DNA of 64,000 nucleotides from an uncultured Acidobacteriota bacterium (GTDB taxonomy: Bacteria > Acidobacteriota > UBA6911): positions 19,791 through 83,790 of the forward strand of contig CAWHCF010000009.1 in assembly GCA_963827655.1 (NCBI GenBank), given 5' to 3'. How positions within the stretch are numbered: the first letter of the stretch is position 1; each line of letters opens with the position of its first letter. Made by a program: the position numbers and the translations under genes. The notes below the pieces were generated by a model. That model saw nothing but the letters and a program-made list of their open reading frames with translations, did no database searches and was not told where the DNA came from. This document shows, in pieces, positions 8,827-19,292 of this stretch.

Positions 8827-9612
8827 TTAGCGGAAGAAGGTCATCGTCTTGCCGTACTCGGCATAACGATCCTTGAGCCATTCGGCGAACTCTGCATAGT
8901 GCCGTTCGCGCTGATCGCCGCCGTCGCTGAACGCGTTGTAGCTCAGATAAAGCAGGCGCCGCGACCGGCTCGATCGGTTGGGCAGCGAACGATGCGGGGT
9001 ATACCCGCTGAAGACGGCGACATCCCCCGGCTCCAGGCAAAGGAGCACACCGGTTGAGGGATCGACGGCATCGTCCGGCAACTGGTGATACATGCCGTCC
9101 CGGGGCGACATGCAACCGCGGCGATGATAACCAGGAAACACTTCCGTCGCACCGTTCTCATGATCGCAGGGATCGATGGCGACGATGGCGGTGACGAAGC
9201 TGGTGGGAAAAGACTCCCAGGCAATGTAGTCCTGATGAAGGCGGTAACCGTCCGCGCCCGGAAGTTTGAAAATCAACTTGTCCTTGAACAGGCAGGCTCG
9301 CTCGCCATAAAGCTGCCCGACGAGCTCGAGCAGCACTCGGCTGCGGGCGATGCGTTCGCAAGCGGGGCTGAGATCGATTACGGGGTCGAAGCAGTCGAAG
9401 CGGCACTCGCCGGTCTGGAAGTGATTCTGCCAGCGGCAACGAATGTTGTCGCTATCGATGAGATCGATGCGCTGGTAGAGACGGACTGCTTCCGCATCGA
9501 GCTCGGAAATCTCTCCGGCGGACAGGACACCACGGACGATGACGAAGCCATCCTGGACATATTGCCGGATCGCCGCATCCTCCAGCCGCCGCTCAGTCGC
9601 CGCCTTGAGCAT
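8827..9612 (-). CDS. Phytanoyl-CoA dioxygenase (PhyH) family Fe(II)/2OG oxygenase
   Basis: QDGFVIVRGVLS, HQD, NGAT, GDVAVF...PHRSLPNRS..RR. Confidence 0.92.
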   Translation of the reverse strand: MLKAATERRLEDAAIRQYVQDGFVIVRGVLSAGEISELDAEAVRLYQRIDLIDSDNIRCRWQNHFQTGECRFDCFDPVIDLSPACERIARSRVLLELVGQLYGERACLFKDKLIFKLPGADGYRLHQDYIAWESFPTSFVTAIVAIDPCDHENGATEVFPGYHRRGCMSPRDGMYHQLPDDAVDPSTGVLLCLEPGDVAVFSGYTPHRSLPNRSSRSRRLLYLSYNAFSDGGDQRERHYAEFAEWLKDRYAEYGKTMTFFR

Positions 9613-9637
9613 GGCAAACTTTCCTTTCGCTCCTGGC

Positions 9638-11794
9638 TCAGAAGGTCAGCCCCATGGTAATCCCGAACTGGCGCGGCGCCCCCATTTCCCCGACAAATCC
9701 TGACGGCGCCAGAGCGCCGTAGGCAAACGCTATCGGGATGTACCGCGTGTCGAACGCATTCTTGACCCAGCCTTCGACGAACCCGTACCGCACGCGCACT
9801 CCGGCGCGGAAGTTCGCGAGGGAGTATGCCTCCTGAGCTCGACTGTTGGCGTCATTGTAATCGAAACCGCCGTTGAACCATACCTCGCCGCGCCCATAAA
9901 GGGTCACCGATGGGCTGAGGATACGGGAGTACTGCGCGCCCAGTGTCGCCGTAAAGTCCGGAGTGCTGGGAAGTTTGTTTCCGGACACATCGAGGCCGCT
10001 GGAAGAGGTTCCGTCAGCGAAGCGCGCGTGCGTGTAACCGAAAACGCCGAAGAGATCGATGGCCGGGTGAGGCCGCGCAATGAGTTCCAGCTCGACTCCC
10101 TTGCTCCGGGCGCCGCCGATGTTTGCAATGTAAAACTGGGCCGGTACGGCCGGGTTGGGCAGGTTGAGTTGCAGCCCGCTCCAGTCGATGTAGAACACGG
10201 CCGCGTTGGCGGATACCTTGCCATCGGCCAGCAGGGTCTTGACTCCGCTTTCCACATGCCAGGCGTGCTCTTCGTCATAGGCTTCGTTGCCGGGCGGAGA
10301 CGCCGCGTTGAAACCGCCGGCCTTGAATCCCCGGCCCGCCGAAGCATACACCATCCGGCCCGGCTGGAAGCGGTAGGAGGCTGCAAACTGCGGCGACACG
10401 TTGGAAAAGTCCTTTTCGGCCGACACGCTGCGGCCCGGACTGAAGGCCGGATCAAAGAATGTGTTCAGCACCGCTTCCTTGTCCTCATAATCGAAACGGG
10501 CGCCCAGGGTAATGTCGAAGTTGTCGCTGAACGTCGTCGTGACCTGGCCGTACACACCCACGCCCACGTCATCCAGGTCGGCCTCCGGCGAATGCTGGTT
10601 TATCGGGAAATTCAGCTGAGGCGATAAGACGAACGGCGCAAAGCTGTTGATGGCGTCCTGTTCGTAGCTCTGGGTGAAGAAGAATATGCCGGTCTGCCAT
10701 TTCATCGTAACGCCGTCCGCCAGGCGCGCCGGCGCAGCGGTAGCCGAGGCAAAGCGCACTTCCTGAGTGAACTGGAAATCGGTCTCGCTGTTGTCACGAG
10801 TTATCAGAGGCGCGGGCGAGTAGTCCAGGTCGGTCACGTCCTGCGTCTTCCAGTGGACGAATCCTGTGGTGGTGGCGAAAGCGAAGCGCTGCCCTTCGCG
10901 GCGCGTCTGGATGACCGTGGACAGCACGTCCCGGTTCGTGAAGCCTTCAAAGTCGCGGGCTGAGTGAAAGGGATTCTGCCGCAGGGCCTCCAGATCGTTG
11001 AGCGCGTAGTCGCCGTCGCGGTCGCGCTCTCCCGTGAGGATGACCCGCGCTTCCCATTCGCTGTTGGGCACCCACCAGAGTTGAGCCTTCCCGTAGGAGG
11101 CCGCGCGAGAGTCCAGGTCGTTACCCGTGACGTCGTTGAGCGTGAAACCCTCGCGCTCACCGTGCCCGATCGTCAGTCCCACACCCAGCTTGTCGGTTAC
11201 CGGTCCCGACACACTTCCCCTCGCGTCCCAGTTCGAGTAGTTGCCCACCGGAACGATCACACTGCCGGCCCATTTCGACAGAGAGGGTCTCTGGGTGGTG
11301 ATGTTGACCAGCCCACCGAGCGTGTTGCGGCCGAATAACGCGCTTTGCGGTCCGCGAACGAACTCGACCTGGCCGATGTCCAGGAACTCGATGTTGGACG
11401 AGTTCGTGTTGAGCTGGGGCACACCGTCGATATAGGTCGTGATCCCGGGATTCATCGGGCTCGAACTGATGCCGCGAAACCGGGCATTGCTCAGCTTGCG
11501 CGCCGTGAACTCCGAAAAAAATGTGTTGGGCGCATATATGGAGGCGTCGCTTACCTTCAGGACGCCGGCGTTTTTCAGCACCGTCTCGGACACTCCGGTC
11601 ACGCTGACCGGCAACCGCTGGGCGTCGTCCGGCTCCTTGTAAACGTGGACCGTTATCGGCGGCAGCCGGATCGGATCCGGTTCCTGCGCCGGCGCCGATT
11701 GTGCCAGCGCAGCAGGCGGGGCGCCCGTCCCGAGGACGCCGGAGATGAGGATGAGCAGGAGCAACGGGGTCGCATTTCCACGCAGGATTCGCAT
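9638..11794 (-). CDS. TonB-dependent receptor
   Basis: Signal peptide, plug motif VEFVRGPQSALFGRNTLGG, GFKAGGFN, terminal Phe. Start 11794 chosen because the promoter and operator lie at 11811-11850. Confidence 0.92.
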   Translation of the reverse strand: MRILRGNATPLLLLILISGVLGTGAPPAALAQSAPAQEPDPIRLPPITVHVYKEPDDAQRLPVSVTGVSETVLKNAGVLKVSDASIYAPNTFFSEFTARKLSNARFRGISSSPMNPGITTYIDGVPQLNTNSSNIEFLDIGQVEFVRGPQSALFGRNTLGGLVNITTQRPSLSKWAGSVIVPVGNYSNWDARGSVSGPVTDKLGVGLTIGHGEREGFTLNDVTGNDLDSRAASYGKAQLWWVPNSEWEARVILTGERDRDGDYALNDLEALRQNPFHSARDFEGFTNRDVLSTVIQTRREGQRFAFATTTGFVHWKTQDVTDLDYSPAPLITRDNSETDFQFTQEVRFASATAAPARLADGVTMKWQTGIFFFTQSYEQDAINSFAPFVLSPQLNFPINQHSPEADLDDVGVGVYGQVTTTFSDNFDITLGARFDYEDKEAVLNTFFDPAFSPGRSVSAEKDFSNVSPQFAASYRFQPGRMVYASAGRGFKAGGFNAASPPGNEAYDEEHAWHVESGVKTLLADGKVSANAAVFYIDWSGLQLNLPNPAVPAQFYIANIGGARSKGVELELIARPHPAIDLFGVFGYTHARFADGTSSSGLDVSGNKLPSTPDFTATLGAQYSRILSPSVTLYGRGEVWFNGGFDYNDANSRAQEAYSLANFRAGVRVRYGFVEGWVKNAFDTRYIPIAFAYGALAPSGFVGEMGAPRQFGITMGLTF

Positions 11795-11810
11795 CGGCGC
11801 ACGTTTTAAC

Positions 11811-11848
11811 ATGTGCGCCATTATGCACATTTCGCCCCGGCACGCAAA
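11811..11848 (-). promoter_or_regulatory. Putative sigma70 promoter overlapped by a palindromic operator (ArsR-type?)
   Basis: ATGTGC-N8-GCACAT at 11811-11830 overlaps the minus-strand TTGCGT-N16-CATAAT. Confidence 0.5.
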
Positions 11849-11877
11849 TTATTTGAGGATGTGGGCCATGCGACTAA

Positions 11878-12109
11878 GGGCTCGCGCAGAAATAACTTCA
11901 CATTCTGGCGCGAGAGTGGGTGTCAATCATGAACCGGTTTCTGTTCGCTAAGCACGGTGAGGATCGCGCCCCTTCGGGCTGCGGCCCGCAGGCCCGCTGG
12001 CTTTGTTGCTCGCTCCTCACGTACCGCACCGGGTACGCATCGTCGCTCGCGCCTCGCCAGCGGGCCTGGGGGCCTGCAGCAGAATGCGAACCTATTTCTG
12101 CGCGAACCC
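11878..12109. mobile_element. 232-bp MITE, copy 1
   Basis: TIR GGGCTCGCGCAGAAATA / TATTTCTGCGCGAACCC, 3-bp TSD TAA, long internal hairpin, no transposase. Confidence 0.88.
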
Positions 12110-13215
12110 TAAGCGGAGGCCATGCGATAAGTGGGCACCGGCCTTGCCGGCCGGAAATGCTCGGTATGCACGGTATCGGCGCGCGCGCCGATGCGTGAAG
12201 TCACGGCGGCAAGCGCATCAAGCACCGCCCGGTGCAAAGACTCGGGATCCGCCTCGGCACGCAGGTTCACAATAAGCTCGCCGGAGCTTAGTTCGTCCCG
12301 AAGCGTGTGGGATAGTTCGGCTGCGCGATCGTTACCGACCTGGTTGAGCACGGCGATGTCGCCGACATCCTCGTCCGGGGTGAGGACAACTTTGAAATGC
12401 GCCAGTTCGGGGCGTCCGGCCGCAAGATGACTGGTAACTTCATGCGCCAGGTCGGAGAGGAACTTGTTGCCATCGAAGCCCTCGGGTGCCGTCACATGGA
12501 AGGTACCGTTGAACCAGCCCAGCAGCGCTTCGCCTTCGGCATACAAATCGTAGTCCACGTCCGGCGCGACTCGCGTGTCCGACTCGGTGCTGCCGACGCG
12601 CTCGAACCACCCTTCGAGTCCATCACGGGTTCTGGCGCTGACCAGAAAAACTTCAGCCGCGCCGTAGGTCGCTCGCAGCGCGTCTTCCAGCGACGATAGT
12701 TTCTCCTTTCCCAGGAGATCCGACTTGTTGATAACGATAATATCCGCTTCCTCCAACTGCTTGTGGTAGACGTAGAGCACCTTATCCGAGAATCCTTTGC
12801 CGGACTCGAGGCCGAGAATCCGGCGCGCGCGGATGGGATCCACAAGAACGCTTAACGGCGCGATGCGATAGTCATCTCCATACAGACGGCGCAGAGGATA
12901 TTGCACGGAGGCGCGCAGATCGGTGCAGCTTCCCACGGGCTCGGCAAGAAACACGTCAGGCTTCGCCGCTTCGGTCAATCGTTCCGCGGCAGAGGTCAAT
13001 GAATTGAACCGGCAGCAAAAACATCCGCCCGTGATCTCCTGGACCGGATACCCGTGAGAGTCCACCATCGCAGTGTCCACGAGACCGGTACTCTGATCAT
13101 TGGTGATCAACCCGACGCGCCGTCCTCTCGAGGTCAGATGTTCTGCCAGTCTGAGCAGGGCCGTCGTCTTCCCGGCGCCCAGGAAGCCTCCCACCATTAT
13201 GTAATCAGCTTTCAT
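12109..13215 (-). CDS. CobW/COG0523 (G3E) family metallochaperone GTPase
   Basis: GGFLGAGKTT, ITND, GCFCC, EPVGSC, INKSD. ATG 13215 with GGAGG RBS. Confidence 0.92.
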   Translation of the reverse strand: MKADYIMVGGFLGAGKTTALLRLAEHLTSRGRRVGLITNDQSTGLVDTAMVDSHGYPVQEITGGCFCCRFNSLTSAAERLTEAAKPDVFLAEPVGSCTDLRASVQYPLRRLYGDDYRIAPLSVLVDPIRARRILGLESGKGFSDKVLYVYHKQLEEADIIVINKSDLLGKEKLSSLEDALRATYGAAEVFLVSARTRDGLEGWFERVGSTESDTRVAPDVDYDLYAEGEALLGWFNGTFHVTAPEGFDGNKFLSDLAHEVTSHLAAGRPELAHFKVVLTPDEDVGDIAVLNQVGNDRAAELSHTLRDELSSGELIVNLRAEADPESLHRAVLDALAAVTSRIGARADTVHTEHFRPARPVPTYRMASA

Positions 13216-13544
13216 CGTTCGGTTCCTCCGTCGAATGCCGCGGCTAGTTGTGTTGGGAGTCAGGGGCCGCATCGATCCCAACTCTACCAACTCCATTTCG
13301 AAACTGCAATCACCGCGGGATTCGATTCGTCACCTCCTTGTGCTCGGTGGTTATCCTCACGTTCGGCTCCGGGAGAAGAGCGTCGTTGGCCAGGCCCACC
13401 ACAGCGAAAGCTAAAATCGTTTGCCTTCTGCCCGAAAGACTGTGTGAGAATTACCTGGTTCGTGCAAATTCGGAGTTCTTCGTGCCGGGTCAACGCCGGG
13501 TTCCGGGCCCATGCACGAAGTCGATTTTTCGGAGACAGACTAGA

Positions 13545-13940
13545 ATGGCAGACCAGACTAAAGAGAATGCGGCGCCACTCAATATCTCGACCAGGCTTGC
13601 GTTTGATCGCACGCGGCTAGCCCATGATCGAACCATGATGGCCTGGGTCCGAACGGCGACCTCGCTCATTACTTTCGGTTTCGCGATCTATAAATTCTTC
13701 CAGTTCGAACTTAAGAGGACCGAGCCGGTTGACCGAATGATCGGGCCACGCGAGTTTGCGCTGATCATGATCAGCATCGGCCTTGCTTGCCTCACGATGG
13801 CGACCATTCAGCACCGGCGGGACAGGAACGCGCTGATAGCCATGGATCCCGAGATGCCCCGCTCGCTGGCGGCACTGCTCGCGGCCCTGGTCGCGATGCT
13901 GGGGCTTGTGGCCCTGACGGCGGTCATCCTCGGGCATTGA
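13545..13940 (+). CDS. DUF202 (YidH-like) membrane protein
   Basis: LAHDRTMMAWVRTATSLITFGF, three TM segments. Confidence 0.88.
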   Translation: MADQTKENAAPLNISTRLAFDRTRLAHDRTMMAWVRTATSLITFGFAIYKFFQFELKRTEPVDRMIGPREFALIMISIGLACLTMATIQHRRDRNALIAMDPEMPRSLAALLAALVAMLGLVALTAVILGH

Positions 13941-14000
13941 CAATCGTTCAAGGTCGGCGAGCTGCTCGGAGTAGTGTTGCTGGCTTGACATGCGATCTTA

Positions 14001-14233
14001 GGGCTCGCGCAAAAATAACTTCACATTCTGGCGCGAGAGTCGGTGGTCAATCATGAATCGGTTTCTGTTAGCCAACCACCCTGAGGATCGCGCCCCTTCG
14101 GGCTGCGGCCCGCAGGCCCGCTGGCTTTGTTGCTCGCTCCTCACGTACCGCACCGGGTACGCATCGTCGCTCGCGCCTCGCCAGCGGGCCTGGGGGCCTG
14201 CAGCAGAATGCGAACTTATTTCTGCGCGAACCC
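14001..14233. mobile_element. 233-bp MITE, copy 2
   Basis: Near-identical to 11878-12109, same TIRs, TSD TTA. Confidence 0.88.
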
Positions 14234-14286
14234 TTAGGAGTGTTTGGGCCACGTGAGACACGATCTCACTAATCGGAGAGTCTGAC

Positions 14287-15063
14287 ATGAGTTTCACATT
14301 TTCAGCGTTATTGTTTGCCTTTGTTCTTTTTCTCGGCATGTTGCTGCTACTGGAAGTTGGCCGACGGATCGCGCTGCGACAGAAAATGAAGGAAGGCGAC
14401 GGGGCGTCGGATGGCTTTGGTGCTTTGGGAGGATCCGTCTTCGCCCTGTTGGGCCTGCTGATCGCGTTCACCTTCTCGGGAGCTGCCTCCAGGTTCGATG
14501 TGCGACGGCACCTGGTCGTCGAGGAAACCAACGCTATCGGCACTGCGTACCTTCGGCTCGACCTGCTGCCGGCCCAGGCCCAAGCGCGGTTGAAAGAAGG
14601 TTTCCGGCAATACCTGGACGCGCGGCTGGAAGCCTATCGAAGGCTACCAGACATTGCCGCGGCGAGAGAAGGACTTGCCAGAGCCACGACGTTGCAGGGC
14701 GAGATCTGGCGCCAGGCCGTCGCCGCCCTCCAGGAGGCAAACAATACCCCGGCTACGACTCTCCTTCTATCCGCTCTGAACGAAATGATCGACATCACGA
14801 CTACCCGGACTATGGCGGCCGAAATGCATCCGCCGATGATCATATTCGTGATGCTGGGGGGGATGATACTGGCGTCTTCCCTGCTGGCCGGCTACGGCAT
14901 GGCAAGTATCAAATCGGGCAGCTGGATACCCAAGCTTGTCTTCGCGGCCAGCCTTGCGGTCGCCGTTTATGTCATCATCGACCTCGAGTATCCGCGCCTG
15001 GGGTTGATTCGAGTCGAGGGATTCGATCAGGCGCTCGTCGAGCTGCGACAAAGCATGAAGTGA
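14287..15063 (+). CDS. DUF4239-like (bestrophin-like) membrane protein
   Basis: LLGLLIAFTF, EETNAIGTAYLR, IIDLEYPRLGLIR. Confidence 0.82.
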   Translation: MSFTFSALLFAFVLFLGMLLLLEVGRRIALRQKMKEGDGASDGFGALGGSVFALLGLLIAFTFSGAASRFDVRRHLVVEETNAIGTAYLRLDLLPAQAQARLKEGFRQYLDARLEAYRRLPDIAAAREGLARATTLQGEIWRQAVAALQEANNTPATTLLLSALNEMIDITTTRTMAAEMHPPMIIFVMLGGMILASSLLAGYGMASIKSGSWIPKLVFAASLAVAVYVIIDLEYPRLGLIRVEGFDQALVELRQSMK

Positions 15064-15381
15064 GCCGCGCCTCTTCCCTTCTTGCGCACGAATTGCAGCA
15101 CGAAACTTAGTACCCGGTTTCATAAGGGCGGTAACTTATTTCCAGTGGTTTTTCGGGATGCAAACCGTGGTCGCGCGAGGCGAAGCAAGCTTCGCAAACC
15201 AAGACGGTAGCAAGCTTACCGCCCTCCAAAGACTCGCCCTTTGAATTCGTAGCTTGTTAAAGGTCCCTCGCCATCACCGGCGTTGAAGGGCGGGTCTGAC
15301 GTCCACCAAAGAGCGGACTCCGCAAAGACCCCGAACCCGAGCCTCCCCTGCACTTGCAAGGGCCCCATTTAAAGAAAAAGC

Positions 15382-15445
15382 TTGACACACCACCGGCTCT
15401 GTCCCAAGATTTGGTCCGCTAATGATGAAATTCAATTTCAATTTC
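15382..15445 (+). promoter_or_regulatory. sigma70 promoter plus Fur-like box
   Basis: TTGACA-N17-CAAGAT (15382-15410), then perfect inverted repeat TGAAATT-C-AATTTCA (15426-15440), upstream of iron-uptake genes. Confidence 0.6.
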
Positions 15446-15485
15446 TATTTGATCGATTGCTCGGACCGATGCGGGGTGGTGACTG

Positions 15486-16730
15486 ATGGATCTCGACAGA
15501 CTTAAGAATCGTCCCAAAGACGTGCGCGCGCGTGTCTGGATTTTCCGCGTCCACCTATGGGTTGGCATTACCATCGGACTCTATGCTTGCTTCATCGGAA
15601 CCACCGGAAGCGTGCTGATGTTCCGGGGTCACTTCGAACGAGCGGCCAATCGTGATTGGCTTGCCGTCGAACCTGAGCCAGGGGCTCGCAGGCTCTCTAC
15701 GGATGAAGTTGTTGCTCTGGTTCGTGAGCGCTCCCCCGAGAGTCGCATCATCGGGCTCATACTCCCGCAGGATGAAAACGGCAGTTTTCAGGTTACCATC
15801 CAGGTCTCCCAACCAGGCCCTGCTGCTCAACCAGGAACCGGCGGCTCCCGAAGCGGAAGTCCGGCAAGAAACCAGACTCTTTACATTCATCCGGAAACCG
15901 GAGCGCTGCTCGGAGCGAGTCAACCGGGTGGGGGTTTCTGGCAATGGATGCACGTCTTTCACGGCAGCCTTCAGGCGGGCCGGACCGGGCGGGTCATCAA
16001 TGGTTATGCCGGTATTCTCATGGTCATCATGTGTCTGACCGGCCTGTGCATCTGGTGGCCCGGACTGCCGAGTTGGAAACGCCATCTTGGAGTTAATCGG
16101 AAGGCCGGGTGGAAGCGCCTGGTGTGGGAGCTTCATAGCGCCACGGGTTTCTGGTCTGTGCTCTTTATTCTCGTGCTCTCCCTTACCGGCATCTACTACA
16201 CGTGGCCGGATGCCTACCGCAATCTCATATCCAGAATCAGTCCCTTGACTCGGAATCAGCAGCCGCCAGCCGTGGCGTGGGACGGGACGGCCCGGCCCCT
16301 GACCATTGGCTCACTGGTCACGATCGCTGAAGAGACGCTTCCAGGCAAGAAGGTTTCCAGGGTCCGCATGTCTCCGGGGGGAAAACAGGCCATCCAGATG
16401 ATGCTGCCGGAGAGTTCCTGGGAAGAATCGCGCAACGTCAATTCCATCTACTTGAATCCCTACACCGGGGAGGTGGTGAAGAAGGACCTCCTGCAGAATT
16501 GGACGCTGGGTGACCGGCTCCTTTCATGGGTCACGCCGATTCACTTTGGTACTTTCGGCGGGATTGCTCTCCGAATCTTGTATTTCGTGCTTGGTCTTTC
16601 TCTCCCGCTCCTGTTCATCACCAGCTATGTGATGTGGTGGAACCGCGTCGTCCGAAAACGTGTGTTCTCTCTAAGCGGAGCTGGCGAGCGCGGAGGCGAG
16701 ATGGCGCCCAGCGAGGGTGAAGCGGCTTAG
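15486..16730 (+). CDS. PepSY-associated TM helix protein (PiuB-like)
   Basis: HLWVGI, TGSVL, H..L..G..G, LHSATG, IHFGTFGG. Confidence 0.9.
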   Translation: MDLDRLKNRPKDVRARVWIFRVHLWVGITIGLYACFIGTTGSVLMFRGHFERAANRDWLAVEPEPGARRLSTDEVVALVRERSPESRIIGLILPQDENGSFQVTIQVSQPGPAAQPGTGGSRSGSPARNQTLYIHPETGALLGASQPGGGFWQWMHVFHGSLQAGRTGRVINGYAGILMVIMCLTGLCIWWPGLPSWKRHLGVNRKAGWKRLVWELHSATGFWSVLFILVLSLTGIYYTWPDAYRNLISRISPLTRNQQPPAVAWDGTARPLTIGSLVTIAEETLPGKKVSRVRMSPGGKQAIQMMLPESSWEESRNVNSIYLNPYTGEVVKKDLLQNWTLGDRLLSWVTPIHFGTFGGIALRILYFVLGLSLPLLFITSYVMWWNRVVRKRVFSLSGAGERGGEMAPSEGEAA

Positions 16731-16827
16731 AGGTAATTGCACAGAGACTGGGCCATGTGTTTCCCGAGCCCCTTTCGCATCGCGTACCCAACCCGGTCCA
16801 TCAGGATTATATATTGAGAGGTGAAAG

Positions 16828-19292
16828 TTGAAAACCGGAAACCGCAGCGCAATGAACCGGCATAGAAGAAAGATCTCCAGAAAGAATCGAAATAAGTCCC
16901 ATCAGGGCGGAGCGAAATATTGGATGGCGATGGGGACTCTGGCGGCGTGCACGGTCCTGCGCCCCGAAGAAAGCGCCGCGGCTCCTAAACCAAGAGGCGC
17001 CTATCAGATCGACGCATCCACAAGACTCATCACGGGTGGTTCAGGTGAGCCGATTTGACATCCCGGCCGGCACCTTGGACTCGGCGCTCAAGACCTTTGA
17101 GAGTGTGACTGGATTCCGGATAGTTCTCGCGAATGAAGGAATAGGAAACCTGGCGTCGCCGGGAGTTTCGGGTACCTTCACAACGGATCAGGCCCTGCAG
17201 CGACTGTTGACCGGAACCGGCGTCGCGTACCGAATCACGGCTCCGGATACCATAACTCTGGAACTGCGTGGTCCCAGCGGGGCCGTGGAAGTAACGGCAA
17301 TCAGCCCCGTCGTGACCGTGTCGTCGCCCAAGTATACGGGTCCACTCCGGACGGTGCCTCAGACCATCACGGTGATTCCCCAGACCGTCATCGAGGAACA
17401 GGGCGCCACAACCTTGCGCGACGTGCTGCGCAATGTTCCAGGACTCACGATGACTGCCGGCGAAGGGGGAACTCCGGCAGGCGACAATCTAACGCTGCGC
17501 GGTTTCAGTGCGCGCAACGACCTTTTTGTCGACGGAGTGCGCGATATGGGTCCGACTTCCCGCGATCCTTTCAATATCGAACAGGTGGAAGTGGTCAAGG
17601 GTCCGGGATCGGCGTTCAGCGGCCGCGGTTCCACCGGAGGAACCATCAATCTGGTGAGCAAATCTCCCAGTCTTACGCCCTTCTACGGCGGAACGCTCAA
17701 TTTCGGCAGTGACGAAACCAAACGCGCCACCGTGGATGTCAACCTTCCGGTGAAAGCACTCGGGGACCGCGCTGCATTTCGATTGAATCTGCTGGGCCAT
17801 GATTCCGAAGTGGCCGGCCGTGATGCCGTGGAAAACCGGCGCTGGGGGGCGGCGCCGTCCCTGCTGCTTGGCCTGGGCCCGCAGACAAGGCTTACCCTGA
17901 GCTATTTCATTATGGAGCAGGATAACCTTCCCGATTACGGTATTCCCTGGGTCACTGCAACTCACAACCTGCTGGTCGATTTTCGCGACCAGCCTGCGCC
18001 AGTGCCTCGCGATACGTTTTACGGGTTGAAATCTAGAGACCACGAAGAGACGAGATCCCACCTGGCGACGGGAAAGGTCGAGCACGATTTCAGCGATTCC
18101 CTTACTTTACGCAATCAGGTCCGCTATGGACGTTCGACTCGCGACTCCGTAACCACCGCGCCCCGGTTCGCAAGCAACGATTCGCTGGTCATCAACCGCA
18201 ACGGGCCCTCATGGATCACGGAAGATGACATCTTCGATAACCAGACGGATCTGCGAGTTGGCTTCGAGACCGGCGAAATCAAACACACGCTTGTGACCGG
18301 CCTGGCGCTCAGCCGGGAGCAGAACATTCGCGTCACCCGGACCGTCGCAGGCGCCCCGCCTACCATGCTCTATAATCCGGATCCGGACGAGCCCTTCAAC
18401 GGAACCACAACGATCAGCCCGAATGTCGGAGACGTCACCGGAGATTCGCTCGCCGTTTACGCCTTCGACACCTTGAAACTTGGCAACCAATGGGAACTGA
18501 ACGGTGGCGTGCGCTGGGACCGGTTTGCTGTCGACGGGGTCAATACGGCTGCCGTGCCGGTTGAGAGGACCGACAGGATGTTCGGTTTTCGTGGAGGTGT
18601 CGTATACAAGCCGAAGTCGAACGGCAGCGTTTATGCGGCCATCGGAAATTCGCTCGACCCCTCACTCGAGGGCCTTTCATACGGAACCGCCAATACGGCG
18701 ATTGGTCCCGAGAAGACTTACAATCTCGAACTGGGCAGCAAGTGGGACCTCCTGGGAGAGAAGCTGTCGGTAAGCGGGGCCCTGTTTCAGCGTGGAAAAG
18801 ACCAACGCCCGGACTCCTGGGCTGCTACCCGACGATCCGCCGCAGGTCCTGGAAGGAAGACAGCGCGTGAACGGAATCGAATTCGGCGCCGTCGGAAGCA
18901 TCACGTCAGTCTGGAAGGTGTTTGGGGCGTATACGCTCCTGGATGACGACATTCTAGAGTCGAACGTGCCCGCGGAAGTTGGCAAACGGCTGATCAACAC
19001 GCCCAGAAATTCCGGCAATATCTGGACCACCTACGAGATGAGAGGGAAACTCAGCCTGGGCGGGGGCGCCCGATTTGTCGGCCGCCGCTTTGGAAACACG
19101 ATCAACACGCGGTCAGTCGGCAGCTACTGGAGTCTCGATGCGATGGTCATGTTCCCGGTGAGCCGGCACCTCGATCTCCGGTTGAATCTCTACAATCTGA
19201 ATAATGTTTACTACTTTGACCGGCTTGCAGGCGGTCATCTCATTCCGGGCGTGGGACGGTCGCTTTCTCTCACGACGGGTTTTCGGTTCTGA
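16828..19292 (+). CDS. TonB-dependent siderophore receptor (Fiu/PiuA-like) with STN domain, split by two frameshifts
   Basis: ORFs 16828-17058, 17036-18946 and 18792-19292 join into one receptor: FDIPAG, VEVVKGP, GGTINLVSK, terminal RF. Extra T near 18786. Confidence 0.85.

Noticed and set aside
1-13215. Selenocysteine or stop-codon readthrough in the Cys-rich cluster
   Set aside because: No in-frame TGA at a conserved Cys position with a continuing homologous frame was seen.
11920-14256. Duplicated small ORFs (MNRFL...CCSLLTYRTGY)
   Set aside because: These are translations of the MITE copies, not genes.
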